Of a DNA stretch of 41,119 bases, positions 16,792 through 25,747 are shown one piece after another. Origin of the DNA: an uncultured Candidatus Poseidoniales archaeon. Its GTDB lineage: Archaea > Thermoplasmatota > Poseidoniia > Poseidoniales > Thalassarchaeaceae. The position numbers and the translations under genes were made by a program. How positions within the stretch are numbered: the stretch's first letter is position 1; every line of letters begins with the position of its first letter. Below the pieces are notes generated by a model. The model did no database searches, had not been told where the DNA came from, and was given only the letters and a program-made list of their open reading frames with translations. The stretch is taken from contig CAYFGD010000001.1 in the NCBI GenBank assembly GCA_964342715.1, positions 1 to 41,119 of the forward strand, read 5' to 3'.

Positions 16792-17652
16792 ATGGATGAT
16801 GGGATGGGAGTGTACCGAGTTGGCCATTCTCCAGATCCCGATGACGCCTTCATGTTTCACGCAATGACTACGGGAGCGATAGACACGGGAGGCAGGAAGT
16901 ATGATCACGTCCTACTTGACATCGAGACTCTAAACAAACATGCACTCTTGGGAGAGTACGAAGTTTCCGCCGTAAGCATCCATTCATACCCGGAAATTTC
17001 TGATAAGTACCACCTCATGAACTGTGGTGCGTCCATGGGAGAGGGGTATGGCCCAATGCTAATTTCAAACAGAGAAATTTCGATTGAAGAGGCAAAAAAT
17101 TCTAAGATTGCGATACCAGGACTAGGGACCAGCGCATATCTAGCATTGAGATTAGCATGGGGGGATGTTGACGTAGAGGTGATCCCATTCGACGAGATCC
17201 TTCCTGCTGTTTCGAAAGGAAGATATGATGTGGGATTGATAATTCATGAAGGTCAACTTACATGGAAGTCCGAGGGAGTGAAGCTTGTTATGGATCTTGG
17301 AGTTTGGTGGAACGAGAGGACTGGATTACCACTTCCACTGGGTGGAAATGTGGTGAGGAAGGACCTTGGAATGGGGTTGTGCGAACTTCTAACGAAAGAC
17401 GTCCGAAATAGTATCGAGCACTCTCTAGCCAATCCGTCTGCGGCCCTTGAATTCGCTAAAGCTTGGGGCAGGGGCATAGACGATGATACGAATAGGGAAT
17501 TCGTAGGCATGTATGTTAACGAAAGGACTCTAGACTATGGGGAAGACGGGAGGGAAGCGATACGACTATTTCTGAAGGAGGGGCAAAGAATCGGTATGGT
17601 CAGAGAGACACTGGATGTTGACTCAATAAAATTCGTTGGTTCAGGTGAGTAA
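16792..17652 (+). CDS. mqnD: 1,4-dihydroxy-6-naphthoate synthase (MqnD), futalosine pathway
   Basis: GHSPDPDDAFMFHAM, LLDIETLN, IAIPGLGTSAYL, GLIIHEGQLTW, DLGVWWNERTGLPLPLGG and MYVNERTLDYG follow the MqnD consensus as I recall it. The ORF opens at GTG 16678; ATG 16792 was chosen. Confidence 0.85.
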   Translation: MDDGMGVYRVGHSPDPDDAFMFHAMTTGAIDTGGRKYDHVLLDIETLNKHALLGEYEVSAVSIHSYPEISDKYHLMNCGASMGEGYGPMLISNREISIEEAKNSKIAIPGLGTSAYLALRLAWGDVDVEVIPFDEILPAVSKGRYDVGLIIHEGQLTWKSEGVKLVMDLGVWWNERTGLPLPLGGNVVRKDLGMGLCELLTKDVRNSIEHSLANPSAALEFAKAWGRGIDDDTNREFVGMYVNERTLDYGEDGREAIRLFLKEGQRIGMVRETLDVDSIKFVGSGE

Positions 17653-18132
17653 ATGACGGGAGACAAGCCAGAAATGAGTGAGTTCGATTCAGTTGATCCC
17701 GCTCCTCCAAGTGGTGATTCCAATGTCCCTAGACTGAGGGAGACTATATGTGATGAGGAAGAGCGTATGTTTCAGAGGATGAGGGCACTATTTGCATTGA
17801 GGAACATAGGCGGAAATGACTCCATCGAGGCATTGGCTGCAGCATTTTCTTCCGAATCCGCGTTATTGAAACACGAGATCGCATATGTAATGGGGCAGAT
17901 GCAGGATTCACACGCAGTGCCATTCCTAATTGAAAGATTGAGGGACATGGAAGAGGACGTCATGGTTAGACATGAAGCGGCCGAGGCATTGGGTGCAATA
18001 GGGGATAGGAAGGCTCTAGGAGTCCTTGAAGAATTCAAAGACGATAGGGACGTTGTTGTAGCTGAATCTTGTGAGGTCGCATTGGATCTGCTAGAATGGG
18101 TAGCTAGTAAGAGGCTCAACTATTCTGAATGA
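17653..18132 (+). CDS. half-size deoxyhypusine-hydroxylase-like HEAT-repeat protein (two His-Glu motifs)
   Basis: 159 aa. SVDPAPP...RLRE...RMRALFALRNIGG...SALLKHEIAYVMGQMQD..AVPFL...VMVRHEAAEALGAIG...VVAESCEVALDLLEW aligns by eye with the C-terminal half of eukaryotic DOHH. H74-E75 and H107-E108 are 33 residues apart. The ATG follows the mqnD TAA with zero spacing. Confidence 0.75.
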   Translation: MTGDKPEMSEFDSVDPAPPSGDSNVPRLRETICDEEERMFQRMRALFALRNIGGNDSIEALAAAFSSESALLKHEIAYVMGQMQDSHAVPFLIERLRDMEEDVMVRHEAAEALGAIGDRKALGVLEEFKDDRDVVVAESCEVALDLLEWVASKRLNYSE

Positions 18133-18920
18133 AATGCCCAAACTGGGCTATCTTCCATCCCACAAGCTATTTTCAGGAATGTCGTCAATCCTTCTACATC
18201 CCTGTCATTCATTCTATTCCTAACCTCTCGCTGGAAATAGTCATCCATTCTATCGTAGGGGAATCCCAATTTCTCAGATGATCTAGAAATAACACTCCTT
18301 CTCCAGGAGTCATCTGATTCAAATTTCTCCAATTGAGAGATCATGTCTCCGTATGCCCTGAGGAGGTGAGTCTGGGGTGAGTCCCGCCTAGCTGCAAACA
18401 CTCCGAAGACCATGGGTAATCCCGTAGATTCAGTCCATTCTCGACCTAGGTCTAGTTTTACCAAATCTGGATATTTTCTTGACGCCATAAGAGAGCGGTC
18501 ACCAATTAGCAATGCTCCATCACATTTCTCCAGCATTGTATCTATATCCGGCCCAGAATCGACGAATTTTGGATCGAGTCCCCTGTTATTGAGCGCCCAC
18601 CTAAGCAGTACCTTTGATGTCGAGGAATCTGACGGAAGTGCGATATCTCTCATATTTTCAAGGGGCCTTGATCCGAAAAGAAGTACTGACCCTACATCTC
18701 CACTACTCACTATTCCCAGATCTGGAAGGAGGAATAGTTCTTCATGGTGCAAGGCGTAGTCGGCTGCGGGTATAGGCGCAGTAAGGCAATCCTTCCTGAG
18801 TACGTGGCCAGTTAGCCATGCAGGCGGTGCCGGGAGTACTGACCACTTCTCATCAATTCCATCAAAAATCGGATCGCAATTGGAGAATGAAACCCTTCCA
18901 ATCACATCTACCCAACTCAT
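18120..18920 (-). CDS. mqnA: chorismate dehydratase (MqnA), futalosine pathway
   Basis: IVSSGDVGSVLLFGSRPL, IALPSDSSTSKVLLRWAL, DGALLIGDRSL and DLGREWTESTGLPMVFGVFAAR match the MqnA consensus. ATG 18920 was chosen; the ORF opens at GTG 18929. Confidence 0.85.
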   Translation of the reverse strand: MSWVDVIGRVSFSNCDPIFDGIDEKWSVLPAPPAWLTGHVLRKDCLTAPIPAADYALHHEELFLLPDLGIVSSGDVGSVLLFGSRPLENMRDIALPSDSSTSKVLLRWALNNRGLDPKFVDSGPDIDTMLEKCDGALLIGDRSLMASRKYPDLVKLDLGREWTESTGLPMVFGVFAARRDSPQTHLLRAYGDMISQLEKFESDDSWRRSVISRSSEKLGFPYDRMDDYFQREVRNRMNDRDVEGLTTFLKIACGMEDSPVWAFHSE

Positions 18921-18934
18921 TAATTGCACCTGAC

Positions 18935-20146
18935 CTAATTTGGGGCTATCTGGGGCAGAACTCTGGAAAACGATGGATTGCTGGAGGCATATATCTCGAA
19001 TATGGAGTAATTTGAGTTTCTTTTTACTGGCGTAGAGCCAGTAGATGAAACCAATGCTGCTAGTTGGTCAGAACTCGTGTCGAGCCTTGTAGAACTACCA
19101 GCAACGTGCATTATTTCTTCGTGGCCGACGGTTCCATCGATATCATCCGCACCACATGTAAGAGCCAGTGATGAGAGCTTGTCCCCGATATTCATCCTGT
19201 ATGCCTTGATGTGAGGAATATTATCCAACATAATCCTAGAGACTGAAATTACCCTAATTATCTCGCTCCCCGTTGCTAGTTGCGCGTCTGGCAGTCTTGT
19301 TTTGTCGGGAAGGAAGGGGTATGGTACGAAGCACTGGAATCCATTGCTAAAATCCTGTTGTTCCCTAAGTCGGATGAGGTGTTCAACCCTATCCTCTATT
19401 GTTTCGACTGTCCCAAATAACATTGTGCAGTTAGTCGGCATGCCAATATTATGCGCGATAGCATGGATATCCAGGTATTCCTGGGAGGACTCCTTGCCCA
19501 TACAGATCCTATCTCTGACATGATCCACAAGTATCTCGGCCCCACCGCCGGGAAGGGAGTCGAGGCCGGCATCTGAAAGCATTGACAGGGTATTTTCTAC
19601 CGACAAAGAGGATCTTTTCGAGAGGTGTTTGATCTCAACAGCCGTGAGGGCTTTGATATGGATATCGGGGAATTCTGATTTGGTAGCAGAAAACAGCCTG
19701 CAATAATCCTCGACATCCCAATTGGGGTGGAGGCCACCCACTGTATGAACTTCGTCAATGGAGGATGATAAGGGCCTGATTCTACCCAGATATTCGTCTA
19801 TATCTAGAGCGTAGGCATCGGGATGCCTTGGGCCCTTCCTGAAGGCACAAAAGCGACAAGCCAAGACGCAGATATTGGTTGTATTTACATGGAGATTCTC
19901 ATTGAAAAATATATTGTTTCCATATCTAGACTTCTTCACCATGTTTGCCAGAGAAGTGACTGATGATAGGGATGGATTTTCGAATAATCTGATTCCTTGT
20001 TCGCGGGAAACCCTCCCATTCTCGATTAGAGATTTGAGGCATGACATGGCCAACGGGTCGGATGATACTGGCAGTGGTACGGTCATCTTGGATAGCTTTT
20101 CACGCCAATCTAGATTTCCTGAGAGCGGCATTATATCCGCTGCCAT
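18935..20146 (-). CDS. radical SAM menaquinone enzyme, MqnE (aminofutalosine synthase) or MqnC
   Basis: CVLACRFCAF radical-SAM CxxxCxxC cluster in a CofH/MqnE/MqnC-like ~400-aa protein adjacent to mqnA. The track ORF extends to 20380, but that extension is low-complexity and overlaps the transketolase gene. ATG 20146 (or 20131) was chosen. Confidence 0.8.
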   Translation of the reverse strand: MAADIMPLSGNLDWREKLSKMTVPLPVSSDPLAMSCLKSLIENGRVSREQGIRLFENPSLSSVTSLANMVKKSRYGNNIFFNENLHVNTTNICVLACRFCAFRKGPRHPDAYALDIDEYLGRIRPLSSSIDEVHTVGGLHPNWDVEDYCRLFSATKSEFPDIHIKALTAVEIKHLSKRSSLSVENTLSMLSDAGLDSLPGGGAEILVDHVRDRICMGKESSQEYLDIHAIAHNIGMPTNCTMLFGTVETIEDRVEHLIRLREQQDFSNGFQCFVPYPFLPDKTRLPDAQLATGSEIIRVISVSRIMLDNIPHIKAYRMNIGDKLSSLALTCGADDIDGTVGHEEIMHVAGSSTRLDTSSDQLAALVSSTGSTPVKRNSNYSIFEIYASSNPSFSRVLPQIAPN

Positions 20147-20240
20147 GTGTATTGACACTGAGAGGCATGTGATAAGAATTGTCTGATAGGGTGTGTTTCG
20201 TGTCCGGAAATTATCATTAGTTAGATTCAGTAGGAACAAC

Positions 20241-21077
20241 ATGAGTGGGAATGCGGGACGCCGGAACCTGTCAATCCCAGAGCTAGAAGTACTGTCGAAT
20301 AACTGTAGGAAGCATATAGTGAAAATGATCCACAGTGCTGGCGCGGGACACCCTGGTGGTTCACTATCAGCTATTGACATAATCGCGGCTCTTTATGGGA
20401 CTCGACTAAGATTCAAGACAAGTGAGCCGGAATGGGACGATAGGGATCGATTCGTGATGAGTAAAGGTCACGCCAGTCCGGCGGTTTACTCCATTCTTCA
20501 CGAAATGGGCTTTCTGAATGAGGATGACCTGTCGACCTTCAGGACGCTAGGTTCAGTATGCCAAGGACATGTTGACATGAAGTGGACCGATGGCGTAGAT
20601 TTCTCCGCCGGAAGCCTTGGCATGGGCCTATCATTCGGACTTGGATGTGCATTGGCAGCCAGGATGGACTCCAGCAATAGAGAAACTTGGGTCATGGTGG
20701 GAGATGGTGAGATTCAGGAAGGGCAGATATGGGAAGCATTGATGGCGGCAGACTTCCATAGTGTGTCAGGGTTGAAACTCATAGTGGATAGGAATAGGAT
20801 CCAAAATGATGACTTCGTAAATGTACAGATGGAAGTGGGCGACGTAGCGTCTAAAATCGAGGCCTTCGGTTGGAATGTAAGGGAGATCGATGGCCATAAT
20901 ATGGATGAAATTGTCGAGGCATTGGATTGGGCATCTAACATGGGTTCGGGCCCATCAGCAATTGTAGCTCATACGGTAAAGGGCAAGGGAGTTTCATTCA
21001 TGGAGAATAACCCGTCATTCCATGGCAAGGCTCCTGACGATGAGGAACTGAAAATGGCATTGGAGGAATTATCATGA
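20241..21077 (+). CDS. transketolase, N-terminal (TPP-binding) subunit
   Basis: GAGHPGGSLS and GDGEIQEGQIWEA motifs. Split-gene arrangement with the next ORF. ATG 20241 was chosen over the upstream alternative start. Confidence 0.9.
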   Translation: MSGNAGRRNLSIPELEVLSNNCRKHIVKMIHSAGAGHPGGSLSAIDIIAALYGTRLRFKTSEPEWDDRDRFVMSKGHASPAVYSILHEMGFLNEDDLSTFRTLGSVCQGHVDMKWTDGVDFSAGSLGMGLSFGLGCALAARMDSSNRETWVMVGDGEIQEGQIWEALMAADFHSVSGLKLIVDRNRIQNDDFVNVQMEVGDVASKIEAFGWNVREIDGHNMDEIVEALDWASNMGSGPSAIVAHTVKGKGVSFMENNPSFHGKAPDDEELKMALEELS

Positions 21078-22021
21078 GTGCTCCATCTGCCGGTGGGGCT
21101 TCTAGGGATGGCTACGGGTCCGCCCTGCTCAGATTGTCTGCAGATCCCAGAGTAGTCGTACTCGAAGCTGACCTTGGGAAATCGACAAAATCCTGTTTGT
21201 TTAGAGCCGAGTATCCCGAAAGAACAGTCTCTCTGGGAATTGCGGAGCAGAACATGATGCTGGTTGCCGCAGGGATGGCTTCCTCGGGGAAGGTTCCCTT
21301 CGCAAGCACTTTCGCTATTTTCACCGAACGTGCCTTCGAACAAGTCAGGAACGGGATTTCTAGACCGGGACTAGCAGTACACATTTGTGGTAGCCATGGG
21401 GGGATACATACCGGAACCGATGGAAGCAGCGCTCAGTCAATAGAGGACCTGGCGATATACAGGACGATACCGGGACTTACGGTAATTACTCCCTGTGATG
21501 ATCTCTCGGCCGAGGAGCTAACCATGCAACTTCTGGATCATGGTAACGCTTCATACACAAGAACCGCAAGGAATAAGACTCCGAGAATGTATGATGCTGA
21601 GACAGTCAAGGAACTAGTGATTGGCAAGGGATTCTTACTAAGGGAAGGGAATGATGTTGCCATACTGGCATGTGGGGTGATGGTTTCAGAGGCAATGGAG
21701 GCAGCTAAATTGCTTGAAGAGGAGGGGATTAGCGCTCGGGTAATTGATTTGCACACAATTAAGCCCCTAGACACGGAGATTCTAGATCGCGTCAAAGAGG
21801 ATTGCCTAGGAATCGTCACAGCAGAAGACCACTCTATTATCGGTGGTCTGGGTAGTGCCGTGGCAGAGTATCTTTCTACCACAGGTGGGATACCACATAG
21901 AATGGTTGGGGTAAAAGACAGGTTTGGAGAAAGTGGCGGAAGCTCCGAACTGATGCGATTCATGGGCCTAACTAGGAACGAGATTGCCGCAAATGCTCGT
22001 GACATAGTGAACAGTGTCTGA
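21074..22021 (+). CDS. transketolase, C-terminal (pyrimidine-binding) subunit
   Basis: LGIAEQNMMLVAAGMA motif and a transketolase C-terminal domain. ATGA overlap with the N-terminal subunit at 21074-21077. Confidence 0.9.
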   Translation: MSAPSAGGASRDGYGSALLRLSADPRVVVLEADLGKSTKSCLFRAEYPERTVSLGIAEQNMMLVAAGMASSGKVPFASTFAIFTERAFEQVRNGISRPGLAVHICGSHGGIHTGTDGSSAQSIEDLAIYRTIPGLTVITPCDDLSAEELTMQLLDHGNASYTRTARNKTPRMYDAETVKELVIGKGFLLREGNDVAILACGVMVSEAMEAAKLLEEEGISARVIDLHTIKPLDTEILDRVKEDCLGIVTAEDHSIIGGLGSAVAEYLSTTGGIPHRMVGVKDRFGESGGSSELMRFMGLTRNEIAANARDIVNSV

Positions 22022-22063
22022 ATAGACTCGATTTAGGTCATGCTAGCGTTTGATTGATGAAGT

Positions 22064-22927
22064 ATGCATAGGGGGGCGCATAATATGAGCGACTCGGAGA
22101 GGCTCAAAGGCCTTCTTGACGGATCAATTGATCCATCAGAGATTGAGGGCGATCCGGGCCTCTATTCCATGGCCGAGAGGATATACGGTAGAGATGCCCT
22201 AGAGGAGATGGGTGTCAAAAAGCCGGTTAAACCGAAGGCGTATGGGATATCTGTATCGAACGGTAATGGAGGTGTAGAAATTCCCGAGGGCGAAGATTTG
22301 GCCGAGGACGATGGGGGAGTGGAGTTGGAAAGGCCTAGGAGGCCGTTATTCTCAATTGTAATTTGTCTTCTGTGTCTATCCATTGTTGCATCAAACGTCG
22401 CCATAGGTATCGGTAGCTATGTTCCGTTATGCCAGGACGAGGTCGGGCCAAAGGAGCTGACATACTCATCATCAGCCACAGTCAATGATGGGAACCTGTT
22501 GATTTCGTGGACTGTGACTGGAATGAATTTGACATCAAACTACAGCATTTCATGGGTCATATCCGAAAATGGCTCAAATGATGTTGTGGATGAAGGTGGG
22601 TCTAGCTGGACGGCCGGCGAGACCGTTAGGATCCAGACTGAAAATTGGATGGTTTCAACTCCTCCATACACATATCTATCAATTCTGAGTCTAGAGGGAG
22701 TTGCTGTTGCATATAGCAATGGCACCGTGGGCGATGTCATTGTTATGGCAGTAAACGATGATTCATTACCCAATTGCGATGACAACACTAGGCTGTTGTG
22801 GTCGGAGTTACCAGAGTATAGCGATATCGAATCATGGGGTGAATCGGGCACTGGTGGTGTTATTGATGGGGCGCTGTTGATGCTATTCAGTCTGGCGACT
22901 TTGCGCCTAATGCTAAGGAAGAAGTGA
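22064..22927 (+). CDS. hypothetical bitopic/2-TM surface protein
   Basis: Acidic N-terminal segment, TM helix LFSIVICLLCLSIVASNVAIGIG, a ~140-aa exposed domain with four N-x-S/T sequons (NLT, NYS, NGS, NGT), and a C-terminal hydrophobic helix plus basic tail (LMLFSLATLRLMLRKK). ATG is at 22064 or 22085. Confidence 0.55.
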   Translation: MHRGAHNMSDSERLKGLLDGSIDPSEIEGDPGLYSMAERIYGRDALEEMGVKKPVKPKAYGISVSNGNGGVEIPEGEDLAEDDGGVELERPRRPLFSIVICLLCLSIVASNVAIGIGSYVPLCQDEVGPKELTYSSSATVNDGNLLISWTVTGMNLTSNYSISWVISENGSNDVVDEGGSSWTAGETVRIQTENWMVSTPPYTYLSILSLEGVAVAYSNGTVGDVIVMAVNDDSLPNCDDNTRLLWSELPEYSDIESWGESGTGGVIDGALLMLFSLATLRLMLRKK

Positions 22928-22928
22928 G

Positions 22929-24449
22929 TCAGTACATCCTAGCAAGATGCTGCCTCCTGGTAGTCGGCCTTCCCGTTACTACGCAAGGGGTAGGTTCGGA
23001 GTATGGTTCGTCGCAATCTCCCAATATTGCAAGACCCGTTAGCTTTTCCAGTACCTCGGCATCAGAGTCATTTCCGTCAAAGGCCATCTCGTAGATTATC
23101 CCGTCCTCAATTTCGCCGACGAGTTCCCATGTATCCCCCTTTGAAATGACTCCCGGGAATGGACGAATCAGGGATTCGATATGTACTGAGGATCTATTCC
23201 TCAGCTCATCCGAGATTGATTCTAACCTGCTACTGATAGTTTGAGAGATGCCTTCGATTGGGACCTCCTCTTTACCCCCGGTGCGCAATGAAAGAACACA
23301 ATTTCCTGACTCAAGGTCTCTAGGGCCGAGCTCTAGTCTGATAGGGGCACCCTTAATTTCCCAATCATAATGCTTGACTCCAGGCCTTACATCACGTTCA
23401 TCCAATTTGACCCTAAATCCAGCAGAAACAAGAGTGTCCGCCAAGCCCCTTATCGCAGGTAAGACATTCTCATCGACATGCACAGCAACGGGGAACAAAA
23501 CTACCTGGAATGGGGCGATTGAAGGGGGCATGATTAGACCTTGGTCATCTCCATGCATTCCTACAACTGAGCCAAGTAGTCTCTCAGACATTCCAAATGT
23601 TGTCTGGTGACATAGTTTGGAGTTTCCTTCCGAGTCTTCGTAAGAAAGATCGAATGCTCCTGCCCACTGATCCCTGTAGTGGTGATAAGTTGCTACTTGC
23701 AGAGTCCTTCCATTGGGCATGACAACATCTGCCGCCATAGTATACCAAGCACCTGGGAACGTGTCCCAAACTGGCCTCTTAGAGACAATACTTGGTAAAC
23801 ATAGATCATGAAGAATACTCTGGACCATGTCTGCATCTTCATTGATTTGTTCTGTTGCATCCTCCTCGGTGGCGTGGACCGTGTGTGCTTCGAAGAAATG
23901 GATTTCCCGGACCCGGATGAACGAGCGAGTCTGCTTCGTCTCATACCTGAATGTGTTTACAATTTGGAATGTCTTCAAAGGCAGATCCGCGTGACTTCTG
24001 ACCCATAGGGAGAACATGGAATACATTGGAGTCTCGGACGTTGGCCTGAGAAACATCGGTATTTCGAGTTCATTTTCACCGCCGTGCGTAACCCAATATA
24101 CCTCCTTCTTGAATCCGGAATCTTCCTCATCAACCCTCAGTTCTGAGGGGTCGATACCGGCAGCTCTGGCTGCCTTTAGACGGGAGACCAGTTTATTCTC
24201 CCTCTCCAGTAGGTCCTCTGGTACGAGTAATGGGAACCTGTATTCGGAGTGTCCCGTCTTGGACATCTGCTCTCTTGCAAGGCCGTCTATCAAAGTCATA
24301 GCGGATAATCCGTAAGGCTTCCATACATCCATTCCCTTGATTGGATATCTCTTGTCGACCAGGTCAGCTATCTCAACAATTGAGGGATACCATGAATTGA
24401 AGTCCGACTTGGCGGGGATGCCCCTCTTGGCCTTGCCACGCCCTACCAT
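22929..24449 (-). CDS. proS: prolyl-tRNA synthetase (archaeal/eukaryotic type)
   Basis: Class II core FRYETKQTRSFIRVREIHFFEAHT, an anticodon-binding domain, and a C-terminal domain ending in the conserved terminal Tyr (..LARMY). Confidence 0.9.
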   Translation of the reverse strand: MVGRGKAKRGIPAKSDFNSWYPSIVEIADLVDKRYPIKGMDVWKPYGLSAMTLIDGLAREQMSKTGHSEYRFPLLVPEDLLERENKLVSRLKAARAAGIDPSELRVDEEDSGFKKEVYWVTHGGENELEIPMFLRPTSETPMYSMFSLWVRSHADLPLKTFQIVNTFRYETKQTRSFIRVREIHFFEAHTVHATEEDATEQINEDADMVQSILHDLCLPSIVSKRPVWDTFPGAWYTMAADVVMPNGRTLQVATYHHYRDQWAGAFDLSYEDSEGNSKLCHQTTFGMSERLLGSVVGMHGDDQGLIMPPSIAPFQVVLFPVAVHVDENVLPAIRGLADTLVSAGFRVKLDERDVRPGVKHYDWEIKGAPIRLELGPRDLESGNCVLSLRTGGKEEVPIEGISQTISSRLESISDELRNRSSVHIESLIRPFPGVISKGDTWELVGEIEDGIIYEMAFDGNDSDAEVLEKLTGLAILGDCDEPYSEPTPCVVTGRPTTRRQHLARMY

Positions 24450-24492
24450 GGTACCGACCCAGAATAACCGTGGCTTGAATTATTCGCATCTA

Positions 24493-25731
24493 TCACAGCT
24501 TATGTAGCGAAACTAAGGACTCAATTGAGTCACACATCGACATCTCATCATCAATAACGGAAAACGTGCCATCGGGCATAACAATTCGACAACGGGGTGA
24601 ATTATCACCACTTAGATCGTGCAAGTCATTTGCCACCACCGCATCAACACCATATCTGGAAATCTGCTCCATCGATCTATTGATTAGGTCTTCTTCAGAG
24701 GAGTTAACCTCGAGCTTGAAGCCGATCCTGAAGGATCCCTTCGTCAATTCTGAAAGTTCGGAAATGTGTTTTGGCCCCTCAATTAGTTCGAGAGTCCAAT
24801 TACCTTTACCACTAGGCCTCTTGCCTTTGATTGGCTCCTGGAAGTAGTCGAGGACTGCAGCGGCATGAATCCATACATCTGGCCTAGGGCCAGTGGAAGC
24901 AACCTCCTTGGCGATTCTGAGCATCCCTCCGGGGGTCCCGTCGACACGGACATCCGGCATGTTGAAGCTTGGGCGTACCGATGTCTTTCCTGCGATGCAT
25001 ATTACATTGTGGCCCATTCTGTGCAAATGCTCTGCTATGGCCCAACCGGTTCTTCCGGAAGAGGCGTTTTGAATTGCCCTGACCGAGTCTATTGGTGCCC
25101 TATTGGCTCCCAACGTGATAGCCACATTACGCCTTCCTGGTAAGGATGAATTACACATGTGGCACAATTCTGCAACAATCGATACTTGATCCGGTTGTTT
25201 CCTTCTCCCCTCTGACTTATCGTCGACCATGACCCTAGCCCCAGTCTTTGTTATCTCTGAGAGGAGGTCTTCAGTGACCGGGTCGTCGAATAAATCATTG
25301 TGCATGGAAGGTACGAACAATATTGGAGTATTATTGCCGCGTGATGCTGACAATGCCATCATAATTGGAGAGTCTAGAATTCCATGAATGTGCTTGGCGA
25401 TAGTGTTCCTTGTAGCAGGAGCTACTAGTATGGCGTCAAAGCTACCCAACTGGGACATGGATGGCTCCCAATTTGTAATTACGTCCACTCCCGATCCCCA
25501 TGACAAGGCCAGAGGGGAAATTACCCTGGTTGCGTCAGTTGACATCATTGGCGAGATTTCCGCTCCATGCCTTCTAATCTCCCTAGCCAGCTTTACGGAT
25601 TCTACTGCTGCTATGCCTCCAGTAACGGCTAGAAGTATTCTTCGCCCCTCTAGGCACCGACTGGCGATTGTAACTCCCGTGTCTCTGCTCACATGCACCG
25701 CATGGCCGTGTGATTCATGAGTGCGTCGCAT
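24493..25731 (-). CDS. coaBC: bifunctional phosphopantothenoylcysteine decarboxylase / phosphopantothenate-cysteine ligase (CoaBC)
   Basis: Flavoprotein domain RILLAVTGGIAAVESVKLAREIRRHG, then the CoaB motif ITLGANRAPIDSVRAIQNASSGRTG. The track ORF extends to 26022, but that part overlaps a convincing membrane ORF on the other strand. ATG 25731 gives a normal ~413-aa protein. Confidence 0.85.
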   Translation of the reverse strand: MRRTHESHGHAVHVSRDTGVTIASRCLEGRRILLAVTGGIAAVESVKLAREIRRHGAEISPMMSTDATRVISPLALSWGSGVDVITNWEPSMSQLGSFDAILVAPATRNTIAKHIHGILDSPIMMALSASRGNNTPILFVPSMHNDLFDDPVTEDLLSEITKTGARVMVDDKSEGRRKQPDQVSIVAELCHMCNSSLPGRRNVAITLGANRAPIDSVRAIQNASSGRTGWAIAEHLHRMGHNVICIAGKTSVRPSFNMPDVRVDGTPGGMLRIAKEVASTGPRPDVWIHAAAVLDYFQEPIKGKRPSGKGNWTLELIEGPKHISELSELTKGSFRIGFKLEVNSSEEDLINRSMEQISRYGVDAVVANDLHDLSGDNSPRCRIVMPDGTFSVIDDEMSMCDSIESLVSLHKL

Positions 25732-25747
25732 GCATGGAGGGGCGGAG

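Noticed and set aside
17653-18132. The reading that the HEAT ORF is only a generic PBS-lyase-type HEAT-repeat protein
   Set aside because: This is not fully excluded, but the two His-Glu motifs with 33-residue spacing and the SVDPAPP/ESCEVALD strings go beyond generic HEAT similarity. It is kept as a finding with explicit refutation criteria.
20147-20380. N-terminal 78 codons of the radical-SAM track ORF
   Set aside because: This hydrophobic, low-complexity extension is not part of MqnE/MqnC-type proteins. It would overlap the divergent transketolase gene and erase the shared promoter region.
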